A stretch of 63,709 bases of DNA, counting the filler, from Licmophora abbreviata (taxonomy: Eukaryota), in assembly GCA_900291995.1 (NCBI GenBank). It is 13 parts of 13 records of this genome, joined end to end, with 100 filler letters (N's around TTAATTAATTAA, not from the genome) between each part and the next. Parts side by side here need not be neighbours in the genome. Positions count along the whole stretch, not along the records: positions 10,819 to 16,601 come from OLMU01005090.1; positions 16,702 to 19,612 come from OLMU01005091.1; positions 19,713 to 33,877 come from OLMU01005092.1; 10 more parts are not named here. The stretch is one strand, 5' to 3'. Below the pieces are notes generated by a model that saw only the letters and a program-made list of their open reading frames with translations, was not told the DNA's origin and ran no database searches. The translations under genes were made by a program, and so were the position numbers. The number at the start of each line of letters is the position of its first letter. Position 1 is the first letter of the stretch. Below are positions 11,290 through 22,669 of this stretch, piece after piece.

Positions 11290-14200
11290 ATGAGGAGTCG
11301 CTCCTCACGATTATTCATTGTGCTGCTGCACTTGGTTGGCGTTTCGACGAACCTGCCGAGACGACTCAAGGGAGTAGGCATTGTGGGAGTGCATCCAATG
11401 GCAATTTTACTAGAGAGATTAAGACTGGAAGACTTTGAAGATGGACTTGATGGGCTGTTACGAGCAGCAAGTAGTAGCAGTGAAGAAACGGAAGGAGATG
11501 TAATACTGGCAGAGCCATTCTGGTTGCAGGTGCGTTCCGAGGGAGTCAGTCGACCTGGCGTGACGTGTGTCTCTCTTGACGACCAAGACTCGCGGTCGCT
11601 AGATGATGAGTTCATTTACTATGGGATCTAACACTTTTTTCTACTCATGTATCCATCAGGACGATGCGGATGGAACGTGCTTTGGACCTGCAGGCTTTTC
11701 CGAATGCGGCGATGCCACTTTGTGGCTGCTACGACGCGCACCTCGATTGACACACCGACGTCGTCGACTCTGGCGGAGACTCTTGATACGAACAGACGAT
11801 GACGACGAGAAAGACAACAGTCCACAGCAAGCCGGGGGATTCGCCTTGCAACTGGTTGATATGGTTGGATTGCAGCAACAACAGGACAAGAAGTCAACAG
11901 GCGAATGTCTTGTGAGACAAAAGGGTGGAAGTTCCCGCTTGGAATTGGGATCGTGTTCAACGCGCGACAGAGCAGCTTGGACGTGGAGAATCAACGGCAA
12001 GGGGATCTTGTCCCATGATCCTGTGGGTGGACGACCGAAGCTGGCACGTCGACAACAACAACAAAGGCACTTGTCCATGTGCATCTCACGAACCAATGTG
12101 ACAGCTGCTGTCCTATCTTCGTGCCAAGAAGCGCCACTACAAGAACAAGAACAACAACAGGACCGGCGACAACCTCGTCGTGTCCAATTTTCCTTGGTAA
12201 GATACCAGGTTACGACACCAGCGATAAGTCGATCAGGCCATCCAAGAGAGCAAGACGGAAAAGTCAACGGCTCTGAAGAAACAGTGACGTCGAGAGAGAA
12301 TGCTCCTTCGCCGGAATCGACCCATGACGACGAAGCCATCCCTCATCTTCGAAAGACGATAGATCTAGCACACAGCCACGCGACAGATCCTTCCATGTTT
12401 CCTGATCTTAAGCCACAGTCCCAGCTTCTATTCACTCGTCCACTTGGAAGTGCAGGGCCCAAGAGAGCCCCTCAGGCGCCGCTCATTAGTGTTGCCCCCA
12501 CGCTAAAGGGGGCCAGTCCTCTTCTATTGGCTGTCAACACATTTCCACGAAACTCTCGCAAGGAGACAGTACCCGCCACGACTGCTCCAACAGCGTCTAC
12601 AACAAGGCCGCACAAGGTGAAGATTCCAACGCATCCTTACATTGCTGCTGCGAAGGATGAAGTTTTCTCCGACCCCCAAACGGGTCTCGAGTACCTGACG
12701 GATCTATGCGAGTATCTTGGTCATGATAGACGAGAATCGGGACGACACACGTTGGTTGGAGTGGGACAATACTTGCGAACCGTGTTCAATATTAAGGTAT
12801 GTGAAGTGTGTCGCTCGTCTCGTGAACAATTGGCGGAGATTCTCACTGCCAGCCACGTGTCCCCATTTTGATGCGTAGGTTTACGGTGTTGCCATGTATG
12901 TATCCAAACGCGACGTATTAGCGGATCCGTCTTTCGAGAAATACGCAGACTTGACTTCCGAGGAACTCCGAGAGGATCCCGAATTCTACACTCATTTGCG
13001 GGAGATGCCATCTAGAACAGATTCGAACGGGGGTATGTTCGACCGGACTCTTCTGGTTAAGCTCAATATGCAGCTTTCAACTGACACGATGCGCTCGAGC
13101 CTCCATGCTGACTGGAAGATGCTTACGGAAGAGAATAAAGATCTCCTCATCAACTCCAGTCTCAAGCCGCGACCGGCTGATGAGCGCATGTTGAAGAAGA
13201 TTCAGCATGAGGACAATCCTTCACGGTGTTCGTGTGGGCAAGTTGCACCGGAGGAATACAATGCAGACCCTTCGTGCTGTGCTCGGGGGACTGAACTTGT
13301 GTTCACGTGGCGGAAGAATGGTGATCTTGAAGCTCGTTTGGACGGGCGTGTCGTGGACATTTTCCCGCAATCGGATGTTGCTGCGGGTATCTTTTTCGAG
13401 TACCTCCGAGACGATGATCCCATTTCTCCCGACTTTCTCGATCATGTTGTCGATGGCTTCCCGTTCCTCTTGGCGCCACTGGCGCGCGTAAAGGGTGTCA
13501 ATATGGTTCACCCAAGCGCTTCACCAGAGGAGAAATCGGGCGAGCGAGGCTTTTTGAAGGGACTGGGCGGTGTTGCCGACATGGTATCCTCACGGACCGA
13601 CAGTTTTACAACATGGGTTCAAAGTGGAACCTCTGGCCTGACAAGTCAGGTCCGGGGCGCTGCGGAATTTATGGGGGACTCTGCACGGTCCGTAGGCGAA
13701 GAGATGGATCGACGCCGGGCGCATCTGTGGAACCAAGTCGCAACCTTCCCAGAAACGAGTGTGAACTTTGTCACATCAAGGCTGCATACGAATCGGCGTG
13801 CCGTCTCTATCGTGTCGGAAGCTGACCGTGGTTTCGATCCTCGGTTGAAGCTTACGTCTGAATTACCACGGATGAAGCAGGCACCGCGTGGTCGTGTGTT
13901 CCGATTCCCAATGATGCGATGGTTCGGAGAGGAGGAAATGCTCCCTGATGAGATTGAGCCGATCATCTATCCCACGATGACCTTTCCTCGCAACATGTGT
14001 CTGACGATGGTACACTTCTACCTTCTGCTTCTGTTGATTGTTAGCTTCCCAGGCTCTCAAAGCACTCGAAGACGGCTTGTGTTGAGGCGATCGAAAGATC
14101 CGAACTCGGATACGGACAGCGATTCGACTGCAGCTCAATACTCTCCTCGTAAGCGGGATCCCCAAGCAGCGTGGTATGACGAAGCAGAAAACCTGTCGTC

Positions 14201-14342
14201 ATTGATAGGAGAAACAAAACAGTCGAAAAGGCTGTTAAGTATTGCTAAAAGGCGACAGGCGCTTCAACGAGAAGAACTTGGGCCTAGCCAAAACGGTGGC
14301 GAACACGCTAATCTGAAGAAGTCCGCGAGCTTCTCCCTGTAA
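11290..14342 (+). CDS. Multidomain protein: hydrophobic leader, Cys/Trp ricin-B-like region, chalcone-isomerase-like fold, late TM segment (3 exons)
   Basis: Introns ~11531-11659 and ~12797-12878 join the ORFs. LVGVGQYLRTVFNIKVYGVAMYV and GTELVFTW..IFFEYLRDDDPISP match the CHI/fatty-acid-binding fold. TM segment MVHFYLLLLLIVSF. Confidence 0.65.
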
Positions 14343-14401
14343 CGCTACCATGTGATTCATGTAACTAATAGAAATGGCCTGAATGTCTACACGGTTCTTA
14401 C

Positions 14402-16448
14402 CTATCTAAAGCGATCAGGAGACAACACGCTTCGATCAATAAGTGTCTTGTCCGGCAGCTCGAACACCTTCCCGTTGTCAATTCTTTTGATGTCCTCGCA
14501 CAGTGCCTGTGCGACACAATCCGCCGTCGCCAGACTCAGCGTCCATCCTAGAGTCCCGTGCCCATTGTGGATGAATAGACCGGGAACCGAACTGACTTTC
14601 CCAGCGAGTGGAATATCATCGGGGCTGAGTGGGCGAAAGCACGGGGTGGCGTCCTCCGATGACAAGTCCTTGGCTTCTGGAAAGATTGCGCGTCCATAGC
14701 GGGCTAGGACTCGCGGTCCTACCGATGGAACACGAGAAGCAGCCTCTCGATAGCCCACCAGCTCTCCAAAGCCAGCCAACCGAGTCGTTTCCGATCCCAC
14801 GGATGTGCAGTAAAGTTGATCAACCGACATCGCGCGATGCAGCAAGTTTGGTGTCGATTTGGAACGGGCGTTGTGGCGTTCAACCTTTTCAGTATCGGTT
14901 TGAACGGTCAATGAATACCCACGCAAAGGATATGTAGGACAGAAGCGGCCTGCCTCCAGCTTTTGTGCAAAGATTGGTGTACTAATACCAGCTGCCAGAA
15001 CCACGAAATCCGCCTCGTAGTGGAGCCCATCTGCCGTAATGATTCGAAAACGTGTGGGATAAGCGTTCACGAGAGATAGTTCTTCCTCTGTGGCCGTCCC
15101 TCGGTTGATTAAACCATAAGCACGAGCACCCCCAGATCTGTTCTTGACTCTCTCAATCGATGTTACAATGCCGCCTTGCTCTCCTCGAAACTCCACTCCC
15201 AAGCATTTTTCGCATCGTCGCTTCAATTGGTGCACGTAACTGAGACAATTTGCCGTCACATCTTTGTCTCGCTGTACAGCATAAACCGGACCAAACGGCA
15301 GGTTCCTCAGATGGGGCTCCAACTCGACTGCTTCGTTCCAAGACAACAGCTTGGCCTCTTCTCCAAAGTGTTCAGCTTCCTCGACTGCTTGCTCTGCTTT
15401 CTTCAAGGATCGATGAAGAGACAAAAGGCCGTGTCCGACTCCGAGAGCGAGTCTGTCGCCCGAATCGAGGCCTCTCAACAGAGCCTCTCGATTTGCCTTT
15501 GCCAACTGCACTATGTGCTTGCCTCGCGTAACCGCTTCTTTTGGACCCGTCAGGAGAGACGTGATGACGAAGTGTCTCAAGAATGTCAGGAAGGTTCTGA
15601 GGTGCGCGAGGACATCGTGAGCTACCGCGATAATGGGTTGCTTCACTCATCGGCAATACACAAATGACGAGCATCCCGTACCTTCGCTCCTCTGGGGAGG
15701 CTTGCACTCCCAAACATTGTAGCACGTGAAAGGCAAAGTACGGCGGTGGCACTGTGAAATCATCGATTCGACGCAGCGGCACGTCGTCGTCCCGACCTTT
15801 ACCCATCCATCTGTCGCGTATCTGCTCGTACTTGGACATGGCCCATTCACTCGCCGAGTCTTGCGCTATTTGAACAAGTATACTGCGCTGCGACATAATG
15901 TGCATGGCAGCTCCTGGTACGACGCTGTTGGCATTGCGAGCTGTAGCGGCAGTCCATTGGGGCTGGTGTGCTGGGGAATACGCAGCATCGGCTGCACTGT
16001 CGGCCTCGAACACCACAATTTCCTCGTCTTGTCTGTCATGTTGGAGGCGTGTGGCAATGGCCGAGGCGGCAGTGATACCAGCTATTCCACCGCCGACAAT
16101 GGCAATGCGGACGCGATCATTGCGTTCGAAGACCGCTCCTGTAGGAGAAACCCGCAGCGATGACAGTGTTGAGTGTCCTGCATTTTTGTTTTGGCGGTCA
16201 CCAGTGATACTTTCTGGCGAGCGAGACAAACTCGGAGGGGCATGTTGCGCAGCAGAAGGCTTTCCAGTGGACAATCTGGTCCAGCTGAGAATGGACCAGA
16301 TTGTACCTACAGATCTAGAATTTCCTTGCCGGTGCAGAAGGCGAGACACAAAACACATTTGACTGTTGTGGTCGATGCTCTGAACTCCCCAGAAACCCGA
16401 CATGAAAGAAACTGCCGACAGGGTTATTCCTTGATGGAGGAATGTCAT
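14402..16448 (-). CDS. FAD-dependent oxidoreductase, D-amino-acid dehydrogenase/DAO family (2 exons, start uncertain)
   Basis: RIAIVGGGIAG dinucleotide motif, ATARNA, VVLAAG, YPLRGYSLT, CFRPLSPDDIPLAG and NGHGTLGWTLS. Intron 15681..15597 joins the two ORFs in frame. Confidence 0.85.
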
Positions 16449-16840
16449 GCTAGATTTGATATTATTTGTCGGTGTTGCAGCTATGAAGGGAGTCGAGTCG
16501 CTGAGAGAAAGTTGTCAAAGGCGCATCGTCGTTTGACGATGATTGCTGAGTTCGCATCAGTTCTTTCGCTGCAGTTTGGAACGAAGTCCCGGATGTCACA
16601 GNNNNNNNNNNNNNNNNNNNNNNNNNNNNNNNNNNNNNNNNNNNNTTAATTAATTAANNNNNNNNNNNNNNNNNNNNNNNNNNNNNNNNNNNNNNNNNNN
16701 NTCCCCTAAGTAAAATTGTCTCCTGTGACAATCGGCGTGTCAGGTCTCACGCTTCTCTTTCCCATTCAAAGTGTTTGCTCACAAAACGAGAAAGCAAACC
16801 GAACACTAAACCGCATCGATTGAAAGTCTCATCATTCGTG

Positions 16841-18097
16841 ATGACGATCTCTGATACTATTGACAGGAAAGTGCCTGCACTGAGACAGGAGAATTTCAAA
16901 GCCACTGTCACAGTGGTTGGCGGCGGCTCATCGGCTCACGTCCTCATTCCCTTTCTTTCGTGGTGTGGACATCAAGTTAGCCTCATGACTCGTCGACCGG
17001 AAGCCTGGAACGATATTGTCTCCGTCGAAATACATACCAAGAACGACCAAGTTACTGGTGCCGTGAAAGGACATCTTCACAAGATAAGTTCCGACCCAGC
17101 TGAAGTGATTCCGGGGGCCGACTGTGTCATTCTCTGCATGCCAGTCCATCAATACCGTGACGCACTTCATCGCCTTGCACCCTTTCTCAACTCCGATAAG
17201 GACGAGATTTTTGTTGGCACCCTCTATGGACAAGCAGGTTTTAACTGGATGGTGCACGAGGTCGAGCGCAAAATGCATATAAGCAATATTACGACATTCG
17301 CCGTTGGATTGATTCCTTGGATATGTCGCACGATTTCGTATGGAAGCATGGGCGTCAACTATGGGTGCAAACAGCACAATCTAGTTGCTGTCTCACCAGC
17401 TGATCGCTTTGAGCTACTAAATCAGACCATCTTAGACGATATCTGCTACACAATTCATGGTGAGGGAAAGTTCCTTCAGGCGTGTTCTTTCTTGTCTTTG
17501 ACGTTGTCGGTCGATAATCAGATCATTCATCCGTCCCGTTGCTACGGTCTTTGGCAGCGCTACGGCGGCAAATGGCCTTCTGAAGATCAGATTCCGTTTT
17601 TCTATAAGGACTTTGATAAACTTTCTGCAGATATTCTGACGCGTCTCGATGCCGACTACAGCAAGGTCCGCGAGGCAGTGTGCGCCCACTTCCCAGAGAG
17701 GCCGTTCCTCTACATGTTGGACTATTTGGCCTTGGAGCGCTTCACTCACCAAAGTCAAAGCGTGGATATTCTAGAGTCCTTCCGGGAAAGTAAACAGCTT
17801 GGACTCATCAAGACTCCCTGTGTAAGGTTGGAGACTGGTGAATACGCCCTCGACATTCAATGCCGCTTTTTCACCGACGACATTCCGTATGGCTTGCTCA
17901 TTACCAAGTGGATTGCCGAGCAGCTGAGTGTGGACACTCCCTTTTTGAACGAAGTCATCACATGGGCCCAGACGCTTCGTGGCTGGGAGTTCTTGAAGGA
18001 AGGAAAGGTCAACGTGACGAATGCCTTGAGCGACTTCTATGCGTCGGGGATCCCACCGGCGTATGGCCTTCTCACGGTTGACGAGATACTGGATTGA
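16841..18097 (+). CDS. NAD(P)-dependent opine (octopine/tauropine-type) dehydrogenase, intronless
   Basis: Rossmann VTVVGGGSSAH. Family motifs NQIIHP, FFYKD and RFFTDDIPYGL, plus TPFLNEVITWAQ. Confidence 0.88.
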   Translation: MTISDTIDRKVPALRQENFKATVTVVGGGSSAHVLIPFLSWCGHQVSLMTRRPEAWNDIVSVEIHTKNDQVTGAVKGHLHKISSDPAEVIPGADCVILCMPVHQYRDALHRLAPFLNSDKDEIFVGTLYGQAGFNWMVHEVERKMHISNITTFAVGLIPWICRTISYGSMGVNYGCKQHNLVAVSPADRFELLNQTILDDICYTIHGEGKFLQACSFLSLTLSVDNQIIHPSRCYGLWQRYGGKWPSEDQIPFFYKDFDKLSADILTRLDADYSKVREAVCAHFPERPFLYMLDYLALERFTHQSQSVDILESFRESKQLGLIKTPCVRLETGEYALDIQCRFFTDDIPYGLLITKWIAEQLSVDTPFLNEVITWAQTLRGWEFLKEGKVNVTNALSDFYASGIPPAYGLLTVDEILD

Positions 18098-18297
18098 TGA
18101 TGCTATGCCTTTTTAGTCCTATGAACAACATACAAGATGGAGGAGTTAAGCGCGGCGATCATGCGAGGTCTCATTAAGTCAGGGTGAATTCTTGATATGT
18201 CTTGCCGAGAGCTGAACGCTATACAGGCTCTCCGTGATACCTTTGATTTAGTCGTAGATTCCTGTAGGAGTATTTTGACAGTACCTACTCGATAGCT

Positions 18298-19840
18298 TCA
18301 AAGAGGAACTTGCTTCGCGTTCATGGCACAATCTGTGGAAAGAAACTCTGTCCAGCGGAAACGATACTTTTCAATCTTTTTTCTGACCAGGTCCTCGTTG
18401 CTCCCATAGCGATCCGCAAGATGCTTAGGGAGGTAAATGGCTAGCAATTCTTGTCCCAGCTGAAGACCAGCAGTGTTGTCGCTCGGATAGTGCACTCCTG
18501 CGACCGTCCGAGCATAGGCTATATCGTAGTCAACCAGTTTGGCCTGGCACCACTGCTCGTCCGTCAGATCTAGTACAATTGCCAGCCACAATGAGCCAAC
18601 GCTAGCAGCGGAATGCATAGCAGGCCAGGATGGGTGCATGGGGCAGCCTTCCGTGTAAGCCGTGAAATCGACGGCCGTTTCCAAATTCATGGTCTGAATA
18701 TCTGTGACAATATCACTTGGAACAACGTCTGTAGTCAGCTCGCCTTGAGCAATCATCCAAGCCACTTCTTCAGGACGGGCTCGTCCCACATGGAACTTGA
18801 CCCCGAAATTGTGAGGACCGACAGTTGCAATGGCCCATGTGTTCATGTCAGCCAACATGACTATCTCACGAAGAAACTCCGTTACAGAGTTGAATGGGAT
18901 GATGGACTGGTCTACTTTGGCTCCCATGTCGTCCATAAGGTAGCGTATGAGATCGACATGGTTTGTTCCGGGGAACTGCAAGAGTCAGAATGGTTGAAAT
19001 TGTCAGAATCAATCGGACGGGAGAACGTCAGTGTGTCATCTCACATGATTGCTTACCTCGTCGTGAACGGCTTCGGCTACCTCTGCAATACTGAGTTTCT
19101 TCCATGTGTCCGCCAGTGGCATGACAGTATGAGGATCAGAACCGTCCATTCGATGTTTCTGCACGTCAACCACCTCACGAAGTTCGCTCCAGTACGGGGC
19201 ATCGGGATTGCTCGAGGGATGAGACGGATAGCCACCTATGCCATATTGCACAAGACTAGAGAATGGAAATTCGCACTCAAAGCAATCGTCCTGGAGAATA
19301 ACAGACCAGCACTGAGACTGTCGTAACCAGTATGCTACATCCCCGGAAATGGGAAAGTCTTCAGAAGTCAAGCGTCGTTTCATCTCGTCCGGCACCACCG
19401 TCTGATCATCCCATTCCACTTTGGAAAAGCGGATACCGAGGTCACCGGGCTCCAGTGGAATGGTGAACCCTTCGGCTTGATCAGCCTCGGTCTCACCGGG
19501 GTTCAGATATTGGGATCCACGGTCTTTCTTAGCGGCACTACCCCCTGGATTGTACACCAGCTTGCGGTCCTCATTGTGAATCTCGGGGCTCGTTTTCGCG
19601 ATGGTGGGCTCGNNNNNNNNNNNNNNNNNNNNNNNNNNNNNNNNNNNNNNNNNNNNTTAATTAATTAANNNNNNNNNNNNNNNNNNNNNNNNNNNNNNNN
19701 NNNNNNNNNNNNATCTCGGGGCTCGTTTTCGCGATGGTGGGCTCGGTCTTTGCGCGTCGCAAATGCTCTGCGTCCACAGTGCTACAAAAGAGAACAGCCG
19801 GAAAAAGCAAGCGAAGGAGAAAGCTAGCGGAGGGGCTCAT
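18298..19840 (-). CDS. Secreted vanadium-dependent haloperoxidase-like (PAP2 superfamily) protein, copy 1
   Basis: Signal peptide MSPSASFLLRLLFPAVLFCSTVDA from ATG 19840, read across the overlapping linker. Intron 19056..18976. Motifs KFHVGRARPEE, HPSWPAMHS and ARTVAGVHYPSDN. Confidence 0.85.
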
Positions 19841-20326
19841 CCTGACAGTGATAGTCGTTGTCCAAAGCCTCTAGCTTCCTTAGGTTCGCGGTCGTGATCC
19901 GAAAAAGTGGAGCAAGCGTTGATGTGCGTTGGATGTTCGATTTGGCGATGATTGGGAGGTACTTTTGAACTTGAAGTGGTGGGCCCGATGGCGTCTGATT
20001 TTTCGACTACGAGCTCTCGAGCTATTACAAAATAGTCGCAACAGCATGCGTTCACTCCGATAGATCATAACGTCCTTAGGCCTGAATAGTGTTGAATGCA
20101 CCTGACGGAGTACGCGCGAGCCACTCTTATTCAAAAGTCAGACTCACACACATATTACTGGTTGAAAATGTCAATATACAACTACGAGGCTAAATACTAA
20201 ATATGCATGTGTCGAGCGAGGTGGCACCATTGTGAGTCCCAGAGACTTGAACCGTCCATCGCTACAAGACTCGCTACTTTCACACGTGAGTTTGAAGTCA
20301 CAACCCGCCGATAAAATACGACCACC

Positions 20327-21771
20327 ATGAGATTCGCCGAAAGCCTCCTCCTGGGCTACTTCCTGTTTGGGATTGCTCCCACCGACGCTGAAGAACAATC
20401 TCCAAGGCTGCGTCGGCTGAAAGGTCCCAAAGAAACGAGAAGAATCGAGGATGACGAGATGGTGGATCGACAGTTGGACCCTGCTACGCCACGAGGAGGC
20501 GCGGCCAAGAAGAAAGGAGAACAGAAAGGTAGCAAAGATCCACTTCTAGAAGGCAGCCAGACTACTGGACCCGTCATTATTCCAGCGACTCCTGGAGATC
20601 TCGGTATTCGCTTCTCCAAAATCGAATGGGAAGATCCGTCCGTTGTGCCGATGACGATGCAGCGTTCTCTGACTATGAGCGATTACCCTTTGTACGGAGA
20701 CATGGCACATTGGGTAAGGCAATCAGGATGCCCCTCGGTCATTATGGAAAAGGACTGCGATGTATGCGAAGTTCCCTTCGACACGCTTGTTCAGGCCGTT
20801 GGTGGCTATCCGTCTCATGCATCGAGCGACCCGGATGCACCATTCTGGGCCGAGCTCCGAGAGGTGGCAAATGTTCAGAAACTACGGGAAGCGGATGCAG
20901 ATCCTCTTGAGGTCATGCCCCTGGCTGATATTTGGAAACACATGAACATTGCAGAGGTCGCAGAGGCGGTTCACGACGAGGTAGGTCGGCACGTGCTCTG
21001 GTGATAGTTTCTCCGAAGACAATGCGAACCCAGGCTCACCACCCACGACCCACCCTTTTTTCGATTCCGTTGTTCGCTACTCTACGATGATAGTTTCCGG
21101 GTATTCACCACATTACACTCATAACTACTCTCTTGATGGATGGGGCGCCGGTCGATAGGTCGATCATTCCGTTCAAATGTGAAACTGAGTTTCTGCGCGG
21201 TCCCGTGATGCTCGCTGAGTTGAACACGTGGGCAATGGCCACGGTCGGTCCTTCCAACTTTGGCGTGAAGTATCATGTAGGACGCGCTCGTCCCGAAGAA
21301 GTAGCGTGGATGATTGCTCAGGGAGATCTTACGTCAGATGTCGTTCCGGTGGATATTATCGACTGCATAGAAGAAATGGACTTGGAAAAGGCTGTCGACT
21401 TTACCGCATACCCAGAGGGCAGTCCCATGCATCCATCGTGGCCTGCCATGCATTCTGCAGCTAGCGTTGGATCCTTATGGCTAGCCATTGTAATGGACTT
21501 GACGGAGGAGCAATGGTGTCAGGCCAAGCTCGTCGACTATGACATTGCATATGCTCGAACTGTTGCCGGAGTACACTATCCGACAGATAACACCGCTGGC
21601 CTTGCACTTGGACAAGAAATTCTGGCTATGTACCTTCCTGGTCATCTCGCAGCCCGATATGGAAGCGATGAGGATTTGGTCCGGAAGAAGATTGAAGAAT
21701 ATCGATTCGACTGGACCACGTTTCTGTCGACGGATTGTGCGAAGAATGCACAGGATATATCCAGAACATGA
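20327..21771 (+). CDS. Secreted vanadium-dependent haloperoxidase-like protein, copy 2
   Basis: Signal peptide followed by RLRRL. Intron 20981-21093 at the same AVHDE/FPG position as copy 1. Motifs KYHVGRARPEE, HPSWPAMHS and ARTVAGVHYPTDN. Confidence 0.88.
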
Positions 21772-21904
21772 CGAATATTCCGGCCAGAACTTATACTTCA
21801 ATGCTGTACCTTAGACATACGTAGCGCGCTTGAATTGTTAAAAATCATGAGAAACTTGATAAGCACTGTCTCTTCTTTACGTAGAAATATGCTAGTTAAA
21901 ACGA

Positions 21905-21978
21905 AGTCGAGCGCAATGTTGGTCCCCGAGAAAGCGCTTCGTTGGCCTTGAACGAGTGGTTGTTGTTGTTGCCCCCAA
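21905..21978 (-). pseudogene. Degenerate duplicate of the nucleolin 3' end
   Basis: agtcgagcgcaatgttggtccccgagaa...ttggccttgaacgagtggttgttgttgttgcccccaa aligns with nucleolin 24269-24357 (agtcgaacgtaatcttggtccccgagaa...ttggccttgaacgagttattgctgttgttgccgccaa) with an internal deletion. Confidence 0.75.
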
Positions 21979-22669
21979 TGTCCGGTGAGGGAGCGTTCTC
22001 TAGGGTAGCTCGAATTTCCACCACGTTACCCTCTCTAGGGATACAAGCCTTGTAACCTACTGTTGATCCCCAACCTGACGGTCTGTTACAGCTGCGCTGA
22101 TAAATCTTTCAGAGACAAAGAAGTTGGTCCAATAGTGCCAGGGACATGGATGTCGCTGTTCAAAAGTACGCATTGCATGGCCATCACATCAATCTTCTGG
22201 TTAACATTCCACGCCTCGAGTGGAGTGGAAACGTGAAGGTCGTGATTTAGACTATTTCGCTTTCGGTGTGTTTGAGTTCGGATGAGCGGTGGGACGGCCG
22301 AGTTGCTCGCGGACCCCGGCCATTGCTTCGTTGCCCTGTATACTACCTGGTACCAAGTAGACTACCCAGCAGACTACCCAGGCGTCTTATTCGTGCTTGA
22401 GCCTGTTCACAGCTGGTTCCACCTGGTCTGCATGGATTCACTCCTACCTGATGAGATACCGATACCGGCAAAGCGGTGAATCCAATCCCACCTGGGACAA
22501 AACGGGTGTCACCCGGCTTGACCAGTTCTTACTGGTTGACGACGCTAATATAAAAATTAAATAGGCATGAATATAGTATTTCACCGCAAGACTCGTTACT
22601 GTGTGTGTGTGCTTTTTCTTCACGTTTGGCCCCACAAATTAGAGAGAAAGCACACAAAGGACCACCATC

